A DNA stretch of 64,000 nt, taken from a virus. Its lineage: Duplodnaviria > Caudoviricetes. Where the stretch lies: the IMG/VR virus record IMGVR_UViG_2863357390_000001; one strand, written 5' to 3'. Positions 26,658 to 35,425 of the stretch are shown piece after piece. Each line of letters starts with the position of its first letter. Position 1 is the stretch's first letter. A model generated the notes under the pieces. It ran no database searches, was not told the origin of the DNA, and saw nothing but the letters and a program-made list of their open reading frames with translations. A program made the translations under genes and the position numbers.

Positions 26658-28525
26658 GACGACTCCTCTCCTTCCCGTTCCGTGTCGTCCGGTGCGGCGC
26701 CCGGAGCACGTCGCCCCGGCGTGGTCAGCGCCGCCTCGGGATCCCACCCGTTGATCAGCCGCGACCGCAGCGCCGACACCGAGACCACGCAGCGCTCGTC
26801 ACGCGCCCACTGCGCCTGGGTCTTCTCCTCCCCGAACGCCACCAGCATCGGCGACGGCCTCCCCCCGCCCGCACCGCGTCCGGACCCGGGCTTCCGCCCG
26901 CCGGACCGCCGGGCCCTCGCGCCCGCCGCCGCGGCGGCGAACGCCCGCGCCTGTACCGGGGTGACCTTTCTCGGATAGGGCTTGGTGGGCAGGTCGGTGA
27001 AGTACGCCACGTACCGCTCCAACGCGACCCCGGCCTTCGCACGCATCAACATGCCCGACGAGCCGCCGAACGGCAGCCGGTCCAAGGCCTGCGCGCACAG
27101 CCCGACCAGTCGCCGGCCGTAGTCCAGGCACACCCCGGCCAGCTCCTCGTGGGACGGGTCGGTGTCCAGCGCGGCCAGCCGGCGGGTCGTGTCGGACCAC
27201 AGCCGCTCCAGCGCGTAGGCGTCGGGCGTGAGCCTGTCGCCGAGGGTGACGTGCGGCAGCGCCTCGGCCGCGGCGACGGCCAGGCCGCGCAGCGTGGCCG
27301 CCGTCTGGTGGTCGAGGAACGCCACCACGCGCGCGGTGGGCTCGGCGGCGTGCACCCCGACCGGTCCCAGGTCGACCCGGCCGTTGTGGTCGCCGACGGC
27401 CACGGAGCCGTGCGTGTTGTAGACGGCCTGGGACACCCACACCCGCAGCGGCAGGTCGGCGGGCAGCAGGCCGCGCCGGGCCGCGCCGACGGCGTGCACC
27501 AGTGCGCCGCTGTGCCAGCGGCGGGGGTCGGCGGCGGGCGGGACGTGCAACGGCCGGGTGAGCAGCCACCACCGGGGCTGGTGGCCGTACGGGTCGAACG
27601 CGTCGGGGTCCGCCGTGCCCTGGCCGTCCCGGGAGTCGCGGCACAGCAGGGTCGGGTCCAGGCGGTGGTAGTGGTTCCAGTACCCGGCGACCCGGTCCCC
27701 GTCGTGCCACGCCCACCGGGCCACCCGGCCGTCCCGGTCGGGGAACAGCCTCAGCCGGCGCGCGGGCATCGTGGCCAGCTCCAGCCGCCCGGCCGGGACG
27801 CGGTCGACGCGGATGCCCGCCGGCGGGCCCTCGTCGCGTTCCCACTCCGGGGCGTCGCCCGGCGCGCGGGGCGCGGGCGGCAGGTTGAGCAGCAGCGTGT
27901 CCTTGAGGGTGGCGCCGAGCACGACCAGCCGGACGGTGGCGCCCAGCGGGCCGATCCGGGACCCGTAGACCTTGTTCCCCTTCCCGGCGGGGTCGCCGGG
28001 CGCGGCGGGTTTGATCCCGCCGGTGTCGTAGGCCATGCGGACGAGCAGGTTCCGGGCCGCCTCGCCCGGCTCCCACGGCGGGTGGTCCGCGCCCCGGTAC
28101 AGGCCGGGGTGGAACCACGCCGCGCCCTGCCCGCCCAGCCAAGCGGGGTGCAGCTCGACCGCGCCCCGGTTCGGCTCGGCCAGGTGGGCGCACTGGGCGA
28201 AGGGCCGGTCGGGGTCGTACAGGTCGAACCGGTTCGCCCACCGGTCGAGGTAGTCGGCGATCCGGCCGTGCGGGTCCAGGGTCGGCGCCCGCCAGGCGGC
28301 GTCCCACCCGTCGTCGTCGACGGGTCCGGCGGCGGCCTCGTAGACGGCCAGCAGCAGCCGCAGCAGGACCAGGCCCTCGCCGGACAGGCCGAGGCGGGCG
28401 AGGTTGTGCCGGTGCGCGGACTGCAGCGCCTCGCGCAGTCCCACCTCCCGTTCGCCCTCGCCCCCGGTGGTGTACACCGGGATCCAGGGCCGGGAGAGCA
28501 GGTCGTAGGACGGGGCGCCGGTCAC
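26654..28525 (-). CDS. cas8e: Orphan type I-E large subunit Cas8e (CasA/Cse1) with extra C-terminal DNA-binding-like module
   Basis: YDLLSRPWIPV, LLRLLLA, RFDLYDPDRPFAQ, AYDTGGIK, GDP.GKG, TLKDTLLLNL, PEWER, ARRLRL; tail AFGEEKTQAQWARDERC...RSRLINGWDPEAALTTP. Confidence 0.85.
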   Translation of the reverse strand: MTGAPSYDLLSRPWIPVYTTGGEGEREVGLREALQSAHRHNLARLGLSGEGLVLLRLLLAVYEAAAGPVDDDGWDAAWRAPTLDPHGRIADYLDRWANRFDLYDPDRPFAQCAHLAEPNRGAVELHPAWLGGQGAAWFHPGLYRGADHPPWEPGEAARNLLVRMAYDTGGIKPAAPGDPAGKGNKVYGSRIGPLGATVRLVVLGATLKDTLLLNLPPAPRAPGDAPEWERDEGPPAGIRVDRVPAGRLELATMPARRLRLFPDRDGRVARWAWHDGDRVAGYWNHYHRLDPTLLCRDSRDGQGTADPDAFDPYGHQPRWWLLTRPLHVPPAADPRRWHSGALVHAVGAARRGLLPADLPLRVWVSQAVYNTHGSVAVGDHNGRVDLGPVGVHAAEPTARVVAFLDHQTAATLRGLAVAAAEALPHVTLGDRLTPDAYALERLWSDTTRRLAALDTDPSHEELAGVCLDYGRRLVGLCAQALDRLPFGGSSGMLMRAKAGVALERYVAYFTDLPTKPYPRKVTPVQARAFAAAAAGARARRSGGRKPGSGRGAGGGRPSPMLVAFGEEKTQAQWARDERCVVSVSALRSRLINGWDPEAALTTPGRRAPGAAPDDTEREGEESS

Positions 28526-29238
28526 GCGTCGTCACCGGTGGGCCGGGCGGCGTGGACGGTGTCGTGGCCCTCGGTGGTGACGGTGACCACGAGGATCGGG
28601 TCGTCGCCGTCCCGGCGGACGGTGACGCGCACGGCGTCGTAGGCGGCGGTGTCGTCGAGGTCCCACTCGTCGACGTACCGTCCGGCTAGGCGCAGCGCGG
28701 CGTCCTCGTGGTCCTCCTGCCCGCCGTACTCGTTCTCGCCCAGCATGTCGCGGTCGGATTCGACGCGCTGCCAGTCGCCGTCGATCTCGTGGGTCTCGAT
28801 GGTGTAGGCGAACTTGCACTGGGGGACGCCGTCGACGTCGGTGCGGTGCCACCAGACGGTGCCCTGCTCGGCGCAGTCGGCGAGCTGGCGGACCTCGTAC
28901 TCGTAGCGGGCGTCGGCTTCGGTCCGGTCGTCGGTGTCGGCGTAGTGGGTGCCGTTGTTGTCCATGGTGCGCACGGCCCACCGGACGACCTGCTCGGCGT
29001 GTCCGCGTCGGGAGAGCACGGTGTCGGTGTTCGGGTCGGTCACGGGCGGCTCCTCGACCCAGACGCGGCCGGCGACGTACTGGATGAGGTCGACGCCGAA
29101 GGTGGTCTGGCCGATCTTGTCGGTGCAGTCGGAGGAGCGCTTGACCGATCCCCGGTTGATGGTCTCGACGAGGGCGTCGACGGTCTCTTTCAGGGCTTCG
29201 ACGACGGTGGTCTCGTAGTCGCTGCGGAGGATGCGCAT
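28522..29238 (-). CDS. Acidic hypothetical protein, first gene of the cas8e operon
   Basis: GTGA-coupled to cas8e; directly downstream of a strong promoter. Confidence 0.6.
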   Translation of the reverse strand: MRILRSDYETTVVEALKETVDALVETINRGSVKRSSDCTDKIGQTTFGVDLIQYVAGRVWVEEPPVTDPNTDTVLSRRGHAEQVVRWAVRTMDNNGTHYADTDDRTEADARYEYEVRQLADCAEQGTVWWHRTDVDGVPQCKFAYTIETHEIDGDWQRVESDRDMLGENEYGGQEDHEDAALRLAGRYVDEWDLDDTAAYDAVRVTVRRDGDDPILVVTVTTEGHDTVHAARPTGDDA

Positions 29239-29268
29239 CGGGGCTCCGGTGGTGTGGCGGTCGGTTGT

Positions 29269-29348
29269 GTGCCACCACCGTAGCCAAACCAACAAAACAT
29301 AGTCAACTAATTGCGGAGGTTTTGTTGTTTGAACTAGGGTGGTGGCAC
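29269..29348. promoter_or_regulatory. AT-rich divergent promoters within a 30-bp imperfect inverted repeat
   Basis: Arms match 25/30 around a 20-nt spacer; - TTGACT-N18-TACGGT; + TTGCGG-N18-TAGGGT. Confidence 0.7.
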
Positions 29349-29367
29349 GACAACCTCGGAGGCCCGC

Positions 29368-29706
29368 GTGATCACCACCGACCTGGACACCGTCCTGGCC
29401 ACCCTCGACCGCACCGACCTGCACTGCCGCTGCCCCCGCCCCGACACCTGCCGCGACGTCCACGCCGAGCACGAGGACCTCCCGCGCGGCGAGTACGGCC
29501 TGGCCTTCGTCCACCCCGACGGCCGCCTGCACCGCGCCGCCAACGCCGAGGCGTTCGGCCAGCAGGGCGCCCAGTACGCGACCCTGGCCGACGTGCTCGC
29601 CGCACTCGACGACTGGACCGAGTACCTGCACGAGCTGGTCGTGGTCCACCGCGACACCCGACAGACCCGCCCCGCCGCCGACGTCCACCGCGCCCGGGCC
29701 TGGTAA
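29368..29706 (+). CDS. Hypothetical protein
   Basis: GGAGG RBS; divergent from the cas8e operon. Confidence 0.55.
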   Translation: MITTDLDTVLATLDRTDLHCRCPRPDTCRDVHAEHEDLPRGEYGLAFVHPDGRLHRAANAEAFGQQGAQYATLADVLAALDDWTEYLHELVVVHRDTRQTRPAADVHRARAW

Positions 29707-29750
29707 GCCCGACCCGGGGCCCGGGGGATGCGTCCGCGTCGCGGGGCGGT

Positions 29751-30476
29751 TCAGGGGGTGTGCGCCGGGTCCGGCGCGAACCCGTCTCGGTACGGCCTGC
29801 GCGGGGCGTAGGTGCGCCCGACGAGTCCGGCCAGCTCCCAGGGCACCTCCGCCTCGCTGATGCGCAGGTGGTAGCAGGGGCACCAGTGGTCGTGCACGGA
29901 GGACCTGAGGTCGGCGTCCGTGCACCGGTGCACGCCGTCCGCGTTGGCCGTGCACCGGTGGGTGTCCGACCACGCGGCCCAGCACTGGCCGGCCCGGTCG
30001 ATCACCGCGCGCAGCAGGTCGACGACTGCGGTACGCGGGTGGAACTCGGCGCCGTACTCCACGCCGAGCGCGTAGCGGGCCCGGTCCGGGTCGTCACCGA
30101 CCACGGCGGCGAGCGCGGCCAGGTCGACGACCTCCGGGTCGACAAGCAGGGCGGAAAGTTCGGCGACGATGTCGCCGGGGGCATGGGGGCGGGTGTCGGT
30201 CATCTGTCCTCCACGGGGGTCAGGGCCGCGCTGCCCGGTGATTCGCATCCCGGCCGTGTCGAGCACGTAGTAGAGACCGTGCTCGCCGCTGATGAAGTCG
30301 CTGTCGTCCAGGTCGTCACACCGTGCCAGGCGGTAGCCGCGAGGGAACGGGGCGCCTGGGTCCGGGTCGTCGACGGCCCAGAGCCGCCACATGCTGCCCT
30401 CGGGGTCTGGTGCCTCGAAGACGCCGCTGCCGATGCCGCCGATCGGCTCCCATTGCGGGAGCGGCTTGGAATTCAT
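29751..30476 (-). CDS. Hypothetical protein
   Basis: GGAGG upstream; normal composition. Confidence 0.5.
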   Translation of the reverse strand: MNSKPLPQWEPIGGIGSGVFEAPDPEGSMWRLWAVDDPDPGAPFPRGYRLARCDDLDDSDFISGEHGLYYVLDTAGMRITGQRGPDPRGGQMTDTRPHAPGDIVAELSALLVDPEVVDLAALAAVVGDDPDRARYALGVEYGAEFHPRTAVVDLLRAVIDRAGQCWAAWSDTHRCTANADGVHRCTDADLRSSVHDHWCPCYHLRISEAEVPWELAGLVGRTYAPRRPYRDGFAPDPAHTP

Positions 30477-30567
30477 GAAACCTCCAGAGGGTTCGGGGTC
30501 AGATCGCGGTGGACCGCGCCCGATCGACGTCGAGTGGAGCAGATACGGAGATCTGCGGGTACATCGG

Positions 30568-31302
30568 TCATCGGGTGATCCAGGGCCACACGCCGGGCAG
30601 CAGCAGCACGGCGGCCACCACGCACACCGGCCACACCACCCACAGCTCGACCCGGCCCCCGGTGCGGAACCTCCACCAGGGCGGCGGGCCGAGTTCGTAC
30701 CACGTCTCCCCGAGGATCGGGACCGGCCAGAGGATCGGGCAGCCGGAGATGGTCATCGCGTCGCCCAGGCAGTGCACCAGGCAGCCCACGCCGACCGCGA
30801 TCCCCAGCCAGCCGGTGATGGCGGCGAGTTCGGCGCCCGGGTCGCCGCGGCCGACCCACACCAGCCACACGGTGACCACGGCGGCGGCGACCCAGTCGCC
30901 GAGGGCGTCGACCGCGAGCAGCACCGCGACCGCGAGCACGACCACCGCCGCCCACGTCCCGGACGAGGACACCCACCACGTGGTGGCCGCGCCGACGAGT
31001 ATGGCGAACGCGAGGGTGTGGGTGAGGTGGCGGTGGGTGCCGTCCAAGTCCTCGTCGCGCGGGCCCCGGGTGGCCCGGTAGGCCAGCCCGGACAGTCCTT
31101 GCACGATCCGGGACAGCAGCCGGGTGACCGGGGCGGCGAACCGGCTCGCGCGGGAGCCGGGGTGGTCGAGGTCGGGCAGGAGCGCGGACCCGGCGGTCAC
31201 GGCGGCGACCGTGACGGCCTGGCCCAGGCCGTGGGCGCCGAGCAGCGGGGCGAGGGCCAGTCCGGCGCACCAGCCGGTGAGCGCGTGCGTGGAACCCAGC
31301 AT
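30568..31302 (-). CDS. Membrane metal-dependent hydrolase (YdjM-like)
   Basis: MLGSTHALTG, SALLPDLDHPGS, HRHLTH, HCLGDAMTISGCPILWP. Confidence 0.8.
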   Translation of the reverse strand: MLGSTHALTGWCAGLALAPLLGAHGLGQAVTVAAVTAGSALLPDLDHPGSRASRFAAPVTRLLSRIVQGLSGLAYRATRGPRDEDLDGTHRHLTHTLAFAILVGAATTWWVSSSGTWAAVVVLAVAVLLAVDALGDWVAAAVVTVWLVWVGRGDPGAELAAITGWLGIAVGVGCLVHCLGDAMTISGCPILWPVPILGETWYELGPPPWWRFRTGGRVELWVVWPVCVVAAVLLLPGVWPWITR

Positions 31303-31316
31303 CAGGGGTCTCCCGG

Positions 31317-32489
31317 TCAGACGACGGCGCGCAGGCCGTGGCGCAGGTCGGCGTTGAGGGCTTCGCGGATCTCGCGGGCGCGGGCGGCTCCGACGGACAG
31401 GGCTTCACGGACGGCCTGCTCGGTGTAGCTGCCCCGCGCGCCGGGCTGGAGCCGACCCGACTCGATCAGTCGACGGGCGGCGTCGAGCTGTCCGTCGAGA
31501 GTCGGGTCGGTCGGGTCGGCATCGGAGTCGGGTCGGGTCGGGTCGGGTTCGGTCGACTGCTTCTGAGTCGGGTCGGCCAGTCGGGTTGCCGGAGTCGGGT
31601 CGGCTTCCGGCTCGCCGGTCGGGTCGGGTGAGTCGGCTACCGGGTCGGGTCGGTCGGTCGGGCAGTCGGCTTGTCGGGTCGGGTCCGGTTCCCGCGCGGT
31701 CGGCAGGGTCGGCTTGCCCGACTCGACCGGTCGGGCCGGGTCGGGTCGACTACCCGACTCACCCGACTCTCGCAGGTCAGGCCCAGAGTCGGGTTCGAGT
31801 CGGGTACCCGACTCGGCCACGCGAGTCGGGTACCCGACCCGGCCCGTCGGGTCGGGTGGGACCGGCGAGTCGGCAGGTGAGTCGGCTACCGGGTCGGGTC
31901 GGGTCGGCTTCGCGGAGTCGGCCGGCTCGACGTGGGTCGGGTAGTCGGACAGGCGACCGGTCGGGTAGCCGACCGGCCCGACCGCGAGTCGGGTACCCGA
32001 CCCGACCCGACCCGACCGGGAGTCGAGCCAGGCCCGCAGCACCGCGCCGAACGCATGCACCAGCACGCCGACCATGATCGGCACGGCGACCGACAGCAGC
32101 ATCACCACCAGATCCCACCGGCCCGGCAGGTGCCAGCCGGCCATCGAGTCGGGCATCACCGCCCGGGTCGTGCCGCCGGGCACCGCGATCGAGTGCCCGG
32201 CGAGGTTGACCACGACCGACAGGCCGGTGGCGCCGACCAGCAGGCCCAGTCCCCAGGCGCGGACCTGCCGGTCGCGGGCGACGACGTGCATCACCGCCCC
32301 CGCGGAGGCGGCGAGGTCGAGGACGACCGGCCCGAGCGGCGCGGTGCGGGGCCCCCAGCCGCCGAGCATCATCACCGGCAACTGCTGCTCGAACGACAGG
32401 ACGAACGCGCCGCCGGCCAGGGGCAGCAGCAGGGCGCCGAGGACGGCGACGAGCCATCCGGGCGTGGGGGTGGTGTGGGGTGCGGTCAC
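31317..32489 (-). CDS. SpdA-like (DUF2637-like) spread membrane protein with Pro-rich repeat tail
   Basis: AFVLSF, PVVLDLAA, LSVVVNLAGH transmembrane helices; PTRPDP repeats; C-terminal VREALSVGAARAREIR. Confidence 0.65.
   Translation of the reverse strand: MTAPHTTPTPGWLVAVLGALLLPLAGGAFVLSFEQQLPVMMLGGWGPRTAPLGPVVLDLAASAGAVMHVVARDRQVRAWGLGLLVGATGLSVVVNLAGHSIAVPGGTTRAVMPDSMAGWHLPGRWDLVVMLLSVAVPIMVGVLVHAFGAVLRAWLDSRSGRVGSGTRLAVGPVGYPTGRLSDYPTHVEPADSAKPTRPDPVADSPADSPVPPDPTGRVGYPTRVAESGTRLEPDSGPDLRESGESGSRPDPARPVESGKPTLPTAREPDPTRQADCPTDRPDPVADSPDPTGEPEADPTPATRLADPTQKQSTEPDPTRPDSDADPTDPTLDGQLDAARRLIESGRLQPGARGSYTEQAVREALSVGAARAREIREALNADLRHGLRAVV
31501..32020 (-). repeat. GACCCGA repeats within the spd-like gene
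   Basis: About 15 copies of TCGGGTC on the + strand (hand count). Confidence 0.7.
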
Positions 32490-32511
32490 GGCGTCTTCCT
32501 GGTGTTTTGCC

Positions 32512-32681
32512 TGGTGAATGGGGGTGTGAAGGGGGTGAATGCGAGGGTGAGTCGGTTCGGTGTCACCGGGTCTCACTCCGCTCTCACTCCGCATCACTGC
32601 GGCTTTCACCCCCGTGTCACCCCGTATCACTGCGGTCTCACCTCCGGTCTCACCCCGCTTGTCACCCCCGCTCTCACCCCC
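32512..32681. repeat. Candidate cis-acting locus of transfer (clt): periodic GTGA-core repeats downstream of traB
   Basis: 11 TCAC-core units at about 11-bp period (32563-32681) facing 4 oppositely oriented GTGA units (32512-32551). Confidence 0.5.
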
Positions 32682-32761
32682 TCCGACCTGTAACTGCGTG
32701 TCCGTCGGCCGGGGTGACGCGTCGACGGACGGACCGGCCGCCTCCGGGACTTCGGCGCGGA

Positions 32762-34774
32762 TCATGCCGGGACCAACTCGCGCACGAACCTGAACCCGGT
32801 GTCGGTGCGCTCCAGTTGCCCGGTGTCCACACGGCCGTTCAGCGACTTGTAGACCCACGCCGGGGACCGGACCGCCTTTCGGGCCACGTCGACCAAATCC
32901 CCGGCCCGGATCTCCTCCACGCCCTGGGCCTGGAGTTCGAGCAGCCGCTGCTCGAACAGCGCGGCGGCCTCGGCGGGCGTGGCTTTGGGTCCGGCGGGTC
33001 GCTCCCAGTCGCCGTCCGTGCCGCCGATGGGCAGCGGGTCGTCGATGCCCGGCTGCACGGAAGGGTCCGGGTCGTCGGCACCGGGCCGCCACGGCTCCTC
33101 GAAGTCGTCGCCGAGCAGATCCCGCACCGGCGCCTCGTCGTCTTCGTCGTCCACGACCGGCACCGGCACCGGGGTGGGCGGCACAACGGGTGCTGCGGGT
33201 GCGCTCGGGGCCGCGCCGACCATGCTCTCGACCGGAACCCGGGTGGTGTACAGCTCGCCGAACGCCGCCGTGGTCATCGCGTCCAAATCGTCGCCGTGCA
33301 GCCGTGCCCAGCGGGCCAGCATCCGGAGCTGGTCGTCGGAGATCCCCAGGGTCCGGCCAGGGGTGGTCCACAGCGCCCGGTCGACGCCGGGGGCGACCAG
33401 GTAGCAGCACGCGGGCCGTTCGTTCTTCCACCGTGACGGGTCGGCACCGGCCTCCAGGACCTCGTCGGGCATGGCGAACGCGGCGTCTTCCTGCTCGGCG
33501 ACGCCGAAGCAGAGCACCGCGCCGAACTGCGCGCGCGCGGCCACGTCGAGCGACACGTACGAGGGCCTCTGCATGGACAAGGTGAACTCGACGCCCACCG
33601 ACCGGATGCGCTCCATGGACTGGACGAACGCCTTGTCGCCCAGGAACAGGCCGGATCCCTCCTCGATGTGCACGCGCAGCCGGGGAATGCCGCACCCGGG
33701 CTCCCAGTTCTTCAGGCCGCGGCGGCCGAGGTAGTCGGCCCGCGCCGGTACGACCTTGTCCCGCAGAGCCCGCATCAGCGCGTGGGCCTCGGCCTCGGTG
33801 CGGATGACCCACCGGATCCCCTCGGCCAGCGGCCCCAGGGACTGCGCGCCCTTCACCGTGTCGACGTAGATCGTGTAGGTGTCCCGGCGGGTGAACTCCT
33901 CGGCGAAGATCACGTAGGCGCCGAAGGTCTTGCCCGCACCGGTCATTCCCATGATCAGGAGCGCGGTCTCGCCCCATCCGGGTCGGTGCAACGGCAGCAT
34001 CATCGGCCGCCCGTCCTCGTACACCCCGATCCGGTACGGCTGCGCCGGCGTGCCGCCCAGCGCGGACGGTTCGGTGTACGGGGTGGACTCGCGCAGCATG
34101 TCCCGGCGGACCAGGGTCAGCTCGGCCTGCGACGAGTCGTCCGGGGACGGGGTGATGCGCGCACCGCCCGGCGGGAGCCGGAGCACCGACTCGAGCTTGG
34201 ACAGGGAGCGCTGGGCGTCGTCGACGGTCTCGCCGCCCTCCAGCGACAGCGGCCCGGCCAGCCGGTCCTCCGACTTCTCCTTCGGCGTGTAGGCCGAGCC
34301 CTCGAGCGCACCGCCGACCTTGGTGGACACCTCGTCCCACAGCGACCGGCGGGCGCCCTCGGTCGCGTCCTGGGTGCGGCGCAGCACCCGGCGTACGATC
34401 CACGCCCCGGTCACCGACGCCCCCGCCCACCCCCACACGCCCAGCAGCGGCTGCGACACCGGCCCGGCCATCACCGCGGCGATCTGGTGGGCGCCGACCA
34501 GGATCGGCGTGCCCAGCGCGAACACCCGGCCCAGCATGTTGCGCCGTCGGTCCAGGTGGTGGACCAGGACGACCATGCCCGCGGTCGTGGCCCCGATGCC
34601 CAGGGTCATCCACGGCAGCGACTCCGGCGTGGCCAGTCCCCACAGGGTGCACGACAACGCGAAGTCGCCGGCCAGTCCGGCGACGGGCGCGGCGGCCACG
34701 GCCAGGCGGGACGCGGCGTGCTTGGCCACCCGGCCCCCGGCGTCCTTCGACGCTCTGATCAGCGGGTTAACCAC
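32762..34774 (-). CDS. traB: TraB conjugative DNA translocase (FtsK/SpoIIIE family)
   Basis: N-terminal TM helices, GMTGAGKT Walker A, RVHIEE Walker B, SMQRPS, C-terminal winged helix (RSPAWVYKSL). Confidence 0.88.
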   Translation of the reverse strand: MVNPLIRASKDAGGRVAKHAASRLAVAAAPVAGLAGDFALSCTLWGLATPESLPWMTLGIGATTAGMVVLVHHLDRRRNMLGRVFALGTPILVGAHQIAAVMAGPVSQPLLGVWGWAGASVTGAWIVRRVLRRTQDATEGARRSLWDEVSTKVGGALEGSAYTPKEKSEDRLAGPLSLEGGETVDDAQRSLSKLESVLRLPPGGARITPSPDDSSQAELTLVRRDMLRESTPYTEPSALGGTPAQPYRIGVYEDGRPMMLPLHRPGWGETALLIMGMTGAGKTFGAYVIFAEEFTRRDTYTIYVDTVKGAQSLGPLAEGIRWVIRTEAEAHALMRALRDKVVPARADYLGRRGLKNWEPGCGIPRLRVHIEEGSGLFLGDKAFVQSMERIRSVGVEFTLSMQRPSYVSLDVAARAQFGAVLCFGVAEQEDAAFAMPDEVLEAGADPSRWKNERPACCYLVAPGVDRALWTTPGRTLGISDDQLRMLARWARLHGDDLDAMTTAAFGELYTTRVPVESMVGAAPSAPAAPVVPPTPVPVPVVDDEDDEAPVRDLLGDDFEEPWRPGADDPDPSVQPGIDDPLPIGGTDGDWERPAGPKATPAEAAALFEQRLLELQAQGVEEIRAGDLVDVARKAVRSPAWVYKSLNGRVDTGQLERTDTGFRFVRELVPA

Positions 34775-34775
34775 G

Positions 34776-35156
34776 TCACCCCTCCCACGTCGTCTTCTTG
34801 CGCTTCTGCTCCGGGGTCATGCCGCGTTTGAAGTACTTGAAGTACAGGGCGTACGACTTGACGGCCATGCGTCCGGCGTGCAGCACCGCGTCGGCGGACT
34901 GCCGCAGCGCCCAGGCGACGATCTTCGCCCGGGCCTTGGCGGTCAGGCGGCCGAACGGGTCGCTGATCTGGCGGCCCTCCTCGTCGTAGCGGCGGAACTG
35001 GAAGGTCGCCAGGCTCACCTGGACCTGGTCGGCCTGGTAGGAGAGCAGGAACGCGAACTCCCGGCACGCGTCGCGTACCACCACGGTGAATGCCTCCAGG
35101 CTGGCGCCGGATTGCAGTTCCACCCGGTACAGGTCGTCGAAGCGGTCGTCACTCAC
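34776..35156 (-). CDS. TraA-like plasmid transfer protein
   Basis: Immediately upstream of traB; RLTAKARAKIVAWALRQSADAV. Confidence 0.5.
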   Translation of the reverse strand: MSDDRFDDLYRVELQSGASLEAFTVVVRDACREFAFLLSYQADQVQVSLATFQFRRYDEEGRQISDPFGRLTAKARAKIVAWALRQSADAVLHAGRMAVKSYALYFKYFKRGMTPEQKRKKTTWEG

Positions 35157-35425
35157 CGCTGGTCCTTTCCGGTGTCGAGCGCGGGGGAATGGGGAGGGAA
35201 GAACTCGGGGTCGTCGGGATGCGGGTCGCGGCCGAAGTCGCGGACGGCGAGGATCGTGTGCACGGCCTGGGCACGTCCGGCGCACCACCGGCCGGCCCGC
35301 TCGACCACGGCCACGGCGGCCAGCAGCACGGCCCGTGTCGTGGCCAGCACGAGCACGGCGGCCAGCCACCCGTGGTAGGAAGCCAGCCACCACGCCGTGA
35401 CCAGACGGATGCGCATTCCGATCAC
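35153..35425 (-). CDS. Small membrane protein
   Basis: Hydrophobic N-half; GTGA coupling. Confidence 0.5.
   Translation of the reverse strand: MIGMRIRLVTAWWLASYHGWLAAVLVLATTRAVLLAAVAVVERAGRWCAGRAQAVHTILAVRDFGRDPHPDDPEFFPPHSPALDTGKDQR

Noticed and set aside
26203-26754. Plus-strand ORF starting in the right arm of the inverted repeat
   Set aside because: No usable -10 on that strand, low-complexity product, and antisense to a coupled membrane gene.
17000-30500. CRISPR array next to the cas genes
   Set aside because: No repeat-spacer periodicity found by eye here or elsewhere in the window; the intergenic hairpins are single terminators or operators. No cas1, cas2 or cas3 was seen.
31317-34652. 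1111-aa ORF implying a giant Spd or a TraB-Spd fusion
   Set aside because: The upstream part is an off-frame reading of traB; the plausible start is GTG 32489, and no slippery site was identified.
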